Assembly (NCBI GenBank): GCA_039545335.1
Contig: BCIN01000002.1
Span: 2,448,678 to 2,512,677 of the forward strand
Reading direction: 5' to 3'
DNA: 64,000 nucleotides
Source of the DNA: Kondoa subrosea
Lineage: Eukaryota
Shown here: piece after piece, positions 60,401 to 64,000 of the stretch
How the letters are laid out: every line of letters begins with the position of its first letter
Numbering within the stretch: position 1 is the stretch's first letter
Program-made: the position numbers and the translations under genes
Notes under the pieces: generated by a model
Seen by the model: only the letters and a program-made list of their open reading frames with translations
Databases searched by the model: none
Told to the model about the DNA's origin: nothing

Positions 60401-63342
60401 CAAGAATACTAGTTTCAACCTTGTATGCGAGAGTCAACTGGCGCATTGGCATGCAGGCGAAGCGCAAAAGATACCGATTGATGCCTCAGCTCGCTTGATC
60501 AAGGCTCTCCGGCATCGCAACAAGCACAGTCAGAATCTCCCAGCTGTAGCCAATATCATCATCAAGCATGTCATCCATCCTATCTTAGCCATTAGAGATC
60601 AGGCCATCAACGTCAACGGTCTGACGGAATTGGATGTCCGCAATCTTATCAGCAACCGCCCAGTATCGCTCTTCCGCTGGCGACATATTATGATGCAGCA
60701 TCAAGGCAAAGTGCAGGGCAATATGATAGTTAGCCTATTCTTCATTTCAATTGCGCTAGCAATACTGATACTTCTGATAGGAATTTCTCCCCTCCTTTCT
60801 GCCTTTTAATGTGCATGGACTTCACCGCATGGTATTCTATCCAAGAGAAGTCGCTCAGAATTGTGTCGAGTGGCTGAATGATGAATTCTTCCCTCGCTGT
60901 GTTGGTGTTTTGGAAGCAAGTGCTGAAGAAGATCCAATGCCTGTAGCTGGATCAACCACTGCCTCGTCTTTCGCAAGTACAGCAGCGCAACATTCAGATC
61001 CTTACGCAACGCTAAAGTCAACCTTTCCGCAACAAATGGCCGGAATTCTCGATCAGCTTACTTGTCTGCAACACAATGATAAATCGGCACTTCCTCAGAA
61101 TCCAAATCAGAAGAAGCGGAACTCAGATTCGATCGGGCGCAAGCTTCTCCGCAGCGCAATGGGAGCTGCACCCGCAATTCATGTTCAGCTGAAAGAAGAC
61201 TTTCTGGCAGCAGCTGAACTTTTTGCGAGACAAACCGCTCAGCACATTGTGCAGAAAGATAACATGTCATCCGGTTCTCTCGATGGCAACCATCTTGCGC
61301 TCGTCGACTATGTCTTCAACACGAGCATACTTCCAAAGTACTCTGTGGCTACTGGCAGCTTCCAATTTGATGGCTTTGCGATAGCTATGAATTGCGTGGA
61401 CGTCTCTCGAGGTATCATGCCAGCTCTAAATGGCGCGACCTCCATCAAAGATCAATTCCTTTCGGTTTGCAAACAGATTTCATCACCTCTCTTAAGCAGT
61501 CATTTTGCCGATAAAATCAAATGGTCCGGCAAGACGCATCTTATCACACCTACATCATCTGCAGATGACAACCTTCAAGACAGTGTACCCAAAGTCGAAG
61601 TTGAGATCAAACCGACTTACTGTCTAGCAAGTGAAGGTCAATGTCGGTTAGACGGTATGACCCGACAATACGTCAAGTTGGCTTTCATCACCAAAGAGAA
61701 AACTAGAAATGGTGTACCAATATCTTTGAAGAAGATGAGCGATAAGACTTTGGACAAGTTTAGAGAATATGTGCTGGATGGAACTATGGTACGCCAGCTA
61801 ATATACATTCGCAGTAATCAGGTCTCATCTCGACGCAGGATATTGATGAACAGCTTTCGGTGCAGCCTGCGGATATGCATGTGGACGATAAAGATGCAAC
61901 AGAGGAGCAACCGGAACGGAAAGAGCCTACTGCGGACATGAGAGTCGCCAAAGCACTAGAAGGTATCGCAGTTGTCGGTCTGGATCAAGGTCATGCTTAT
62001 CCTGCTGCTTGGTGGATCAAGACTTTCAATCAGGCAGGCAACCCTGTTCAGCGGCGGATATTGCAATCGCCGAAGTACCTGCAAGAACTGATCAAGATCC
62101 ATTGTCGAAATCACACCGCTGCACGGAATGCTTTCGTAATTGATCTCGCCTGGTTGAAAAAGTACAATGACTCGGTACAAGAGAATTCTCCAAATTCAAG
62201 GGTCGCATTCGCTCAAAGAACGATACACACTTTCTTTCGAACATCTCGCGTCGTCCGGAACGAGGCCTACCTTTTGCGCAAGCGCCAACAACAAGCTTAT
62301 GATCGAATAGCTGCGCAAGTACTTGAAGCTTCCGGGGCAAGAGCAGGGCGCTTCAATCATTCGGAAGGCACTGCTAGCACTTACACAGAGCCTAGGATCA
62401 AAGTCATCTTCGCTTTTGGCGCGGATTGTGGTCCAGCGCAAGGTATCAAGACGCATTCAGCAGACTTCCGAAATGGCATTCTTCGGGCAGTAGCATCAGA
62501 AGTTGGTCATCAGAACGTTGATGCTATATGCATGCTGGTGAATGAGGCGTTCACTTCACAAGTATGTCCAGATGCATCGTGTTTGCGAGCACCGGGAGAG
62601 GATTGGATGGATGCAAATACAGAGAGTGTCGGCTTCGATTGGATACGATCTTCGTATGTGCACTCAAACGTTGGTGATTCTCACTAAGTGGTCTATCGCA
62701 GCTTGCACAAACCACATTTCGTCGATTCTGGTAACAAGTGCCAGAGAGTTCTGCAATGCGAACAATGTCGGCGAAAATACAACCGCGATCTGGCGGCAGC
62801 ATGCAACATTGCCTTTGTCGCTTGGCATTGGCTGGTTTGGGGTTGTCACCCATTTGACCGAAAAGAAGGTAAAGCATACAATATGTTTGCGAGATTTTTC
62901 TGACCAAGATCACAGATTTCCCGGTTCAGTCTATTAATGCAACCGATGGTGCTTAGCACCGCAGTATCGTGCGTTGACAAACTAACAATTATATCAGAGC
63001 TGATTGTTTTGTTCTACTTCCTTCTCTTATCCTCCTCACCTCTCTGACAATCTCGTTTCTATACGCTTTGCAACACGTAAGCACGTCTCGGCTGGGGTAT
63101 CAACCTGTCTCACTCCATGACAGGATTACCCGGATTTAACGGACATTATGTCCCTTGGTAAAAACGGACTTCGATTTGTACATAGTGTGCCGTGTCCAGA
63201 AACTGCAGTTGCAAAACCTCATGTTCGCCTTGCATCCCAAGGCGTTGCTATATCTCAATTACCTGACCTGAGGGATCTGGAATTCAATATGGGCAGAGGG
63301 AGATCAGGGACAGTTTCGTCGATTGAGTCTTTTGAACTTTGA
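51941..63342 (+). CDS. Small host gene (76 aa when spliced) whose intron is interrupted by the element; exons 51941-52028 and 63200-63342
   Basis: Donor GTAAGC at 52029 and acceptor TCCAG at 63195-63199. Removing the element plus one TSD leaves a 52-nt intron and the in-frame product MRREPPSP...PTL-E-TAVAKPHV...SGTVSSIESFEL*. Confidence 0.65.
52072..52120 (+). repeat. Left terminal inverted repeat with GTCCGT/ACGGAC subterminal motifs
   Basis: Starts with CAC and contains the inverted repeat GTCCGTTTT-AC-AAAACGGAC; matches the reverse complement of 63139-63187. Confidence 0.85.
52324..53737 (-). CDS. Element-encoded ~408-aa protein, Cys-containing N-terminus and C-terminal SAP-like motif
   Basis: Five exons join in frame (1227 nt by manual count); N-terminal CCQKC...CLANC; C-terminal YNVTALRKYLKHRNKDGKGKAHELAERIE resembles a SAP helix-extension-helix. 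Confidence 0.6.
54681..54726. repeat. 23-bp tandem duplication
   Basis: CTACCACGAGCTCTACGAGTATT / CTACCACGAGCTCTATGAGTATT, one mismatch. Confidence 0.9.
55800..55827. other. GC-rich hairpin near the centre of the element's intergenic region
   Basis: GGGAGCTGG-10 nt loop-CCAGCTCCC perfect 9-bp stem followed by a T-rich run; function unknown. Confidence 0.6.
56130..56179. repeat. Imperfect 25-bp tandem duplication
   Basis: ACTCTATGTCTGCCTCTAGAACTCA / ACTCTGTGTCTGCCTCTGGATCTAC. Confidence 0.75.
56491..56620 (+). pseudogene. COP1: Captured fragment of coatomer alpha (COP1) WD40 region
   Basis: After removing one copy of a 17-bp duplication (56509-56542) it reads ADLFGNADAVVKYALEGHDRGV..SFYP(T)LPLI, matching recalled alpha-COP DLFG..DAVVK.VLEGHDRGVNWA.FHPT.PLI; frameshifted. 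Confidence 0.75.
57374..57414. repeat. (AACAGC)n microsatellite, ~7 units
   Basis: Read directly from the sequence. Confidence 0.95.
57582..62956 (+). CDS. XPG/FEN1-like PIN+H3TH nuclease fused to Fanzor (TnpB-like) RuvC/zinc finger, ~1,690 aa
   Basis: Introns 57709-57761, 58808-58856, 60729-60780, 61789-61838, 62654-62701 and probably 62869-62915 (47-53 nt, GT-AG) join all ORFs in frame. N-terminal MGWRG, DIDG, TFDD, EAD, NDSDF, AGQDL..KGLPGFGVKT. C-terminal FQFDG, VVGLDQG, VNEAFTSQVCPDASC, CEQC..YNRDLAAACNI. Confidence 0.88.
62957..63207 (+). ncRNA. Candidate Fanzor omegaRNA (scaffold in right end, guide from right flank)
   Basis: Lies between the Fanzor stop and the right TIR. Stems: GGGTA(63095)/TACCC(63127), CCTGTC(63104)/GACAGG(63119), GGACA-TTA-TGTCC (63141-63153). 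Boundaries inferred by analogy only. Confidence 0.45.
63139..63187 (-). repeat. Right terminal inverted repeat (5'-CACTATG... on minus strand)
   Basis: Ends ...TACATAGTG followed by the TGC TSD; contains two ACGGAC motifs on the plus strand. Confidence 0.85.
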
Positions 63343-63511
63343 GGGATGAGAGGATTGCAACTGCTGGATCAGTTGAGACGGGGTATAGGGCTCTGTATGA
63401 TTGTCACTCATTTATTAGATCGCTTTGCGCGTGAAATTTCAAGTGCAAGTTTTTCCCGTTCACCATCTTTAAGTTGAGCAAGAAAGTGTTTGCGCACACG
63501 ACGAAAGCACT

Positions 63512-64000
63512 CTCATCAAGAAGACAAGTTCCTATCAAGAAGATGCACCAAGACGAGCGCGTCAACGAGTTCCGACGATGTCGAAAACAACAAAGTCAAT
63601 GCTCTCCGTCATTTGGCCATACTCGAGTACAGGAATAGTATCGCTCGATAGAGAGAATCAGTGCGACTCTAACGATGCGCTTTGCTTCGCCTAAAGTGGT
63701 CTACATTCTCGTGAAAGGCTGAAAATGTAGATTCCTTTCATCTCGAAGAGCTTTGTTTTGGTCCTTCTTGCGATGCCGGTGCCACTATAAATCTCCTCTG
63801 CTTTCATTCTTGCGCCTCTTGCTCCTGCTTTCATACTTTCGTTCCAGTCTGGCATTCGCACTTTTACTTCTCAGCACAGCTTGTCCTTCACTTGAACCCA
63901 GTCAGCGCTTGCTCTCTTAGCTTATCATGTCGCTTGCTCCGATCTTTGAAAACGATCACGATGTCTTTGTGACTACCTTGGCTGAAATGTCTTTGAACGT
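63512..64000 (+). repeat. Inverted duplicate of 25326-25820 (upstream region and start of the mei2-like gene; ATG at 63927), continuing past the window end
   Basis: CTTATCATGTCGCTTGCTCCGATCTTTGAAAAC... and ~400 bp upstream match the reverse complement of 25326-25820 with scattered substitutions. Confidence 0.92.

Larger units (their letters stand above)
52072..63187. mobile_element. CACTA/CMC-like TIR DNA element (~11.1 kb) without a recognisable transposase, carrying a PIN-Fanzor gene
   Basis: Left end CACGGGGTGCAAACCAACGTCCGTTTT..., right end (reverse complement) CACTATGTACAAATCGAAGTCCGTTTT...; 34/49 ungapped identities by manual count; TGC at 52069-52071 and 63188-63190. Confidence 0.85.

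Noticed and set aside
60729..60809. Apparent transmembrane tail (VSLFFISIALAILILLIG) on the 644-aa ORF
   Set aside because: It is mostly read-through of intron 60729-60780.
57971..62903. Treating the 309, 644, 376, 275 and 71-aa ORFs as separate genes or a frameshifted pseudogene
   Set aside because: Each frame change coincides with a 48-53 nt GT-AG intron that restores the frame exactly.
63181..63187. CACTATG end suggesting Transib
   Set aside because: Transib makes 5-bp TSDs; only a 3-bp TGC duplication is present and the left end reads CACGGGG.
63205..63364. Imperfect inverted repeat GCAGTTGCAA...TTGCAACTGC as a MITE or part of the omegaRNA
   Set aside because: Only a 10-bp core, no TSD seen, and it lies outside the element across the reconstructed host exon; probably chance.
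1..64000. The many short overlapping or antisense ORFs in the track, and any tRNA/rRNA genes
   Set aside because: Most ORFs are shadow frames of the spliced genes listed; no tRNA or rRNA was recognisable by eye.

Overview
Intron-rich fungal genomic DNA with GT-AG introns of about 50 nt and very short intergenic gaps; a basidiomycete is inferred from gene content, including AA14 LPMOs. Positions 1-51.7 kb are mostly housekeeping genes (NAT9-like GNAT, WDR70, MRT4, LIA1, PAC2, ERV2, homeobox TF, REX4, DPH5, mei2-like RRM, TPT transporter, ILV3, PSR1-type phosphatase). They also hold two tandem AA14 LPMOs and an F-box-like gene/pseudogene pair. The main discovery is an ~11.1 kb DNA element at 52072-63187, bounded by imperfect 49-bp CAC...GTG terminal inverted repeats (the right end reads CACTA) and a 3-bp TGC target-site duplication. 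It sits inside what reconstructs as a 52-nt intron of a small host gene. It has no recognisable transposase. It carries (i) an intact, spliced ~1,690-aa gene fusing an N-terminal XPG/FEN1-like PIN+H3TH nuclease to a C-terminal Fanzor/TnpB-type RuvC + zinc finger, followed by a structured candidate omegaRNA running into the right TIR, (ii) a divergent ~408-aa gene with a SAP-like C-terminus, and (iii) a captured COP1 fragment. Just beyond it, an inverted duplicate of the mei2-like gene's 5' region begins. Gene models were assembled by eye from splice signals, and family calls come from recalled motifs, not database searches.
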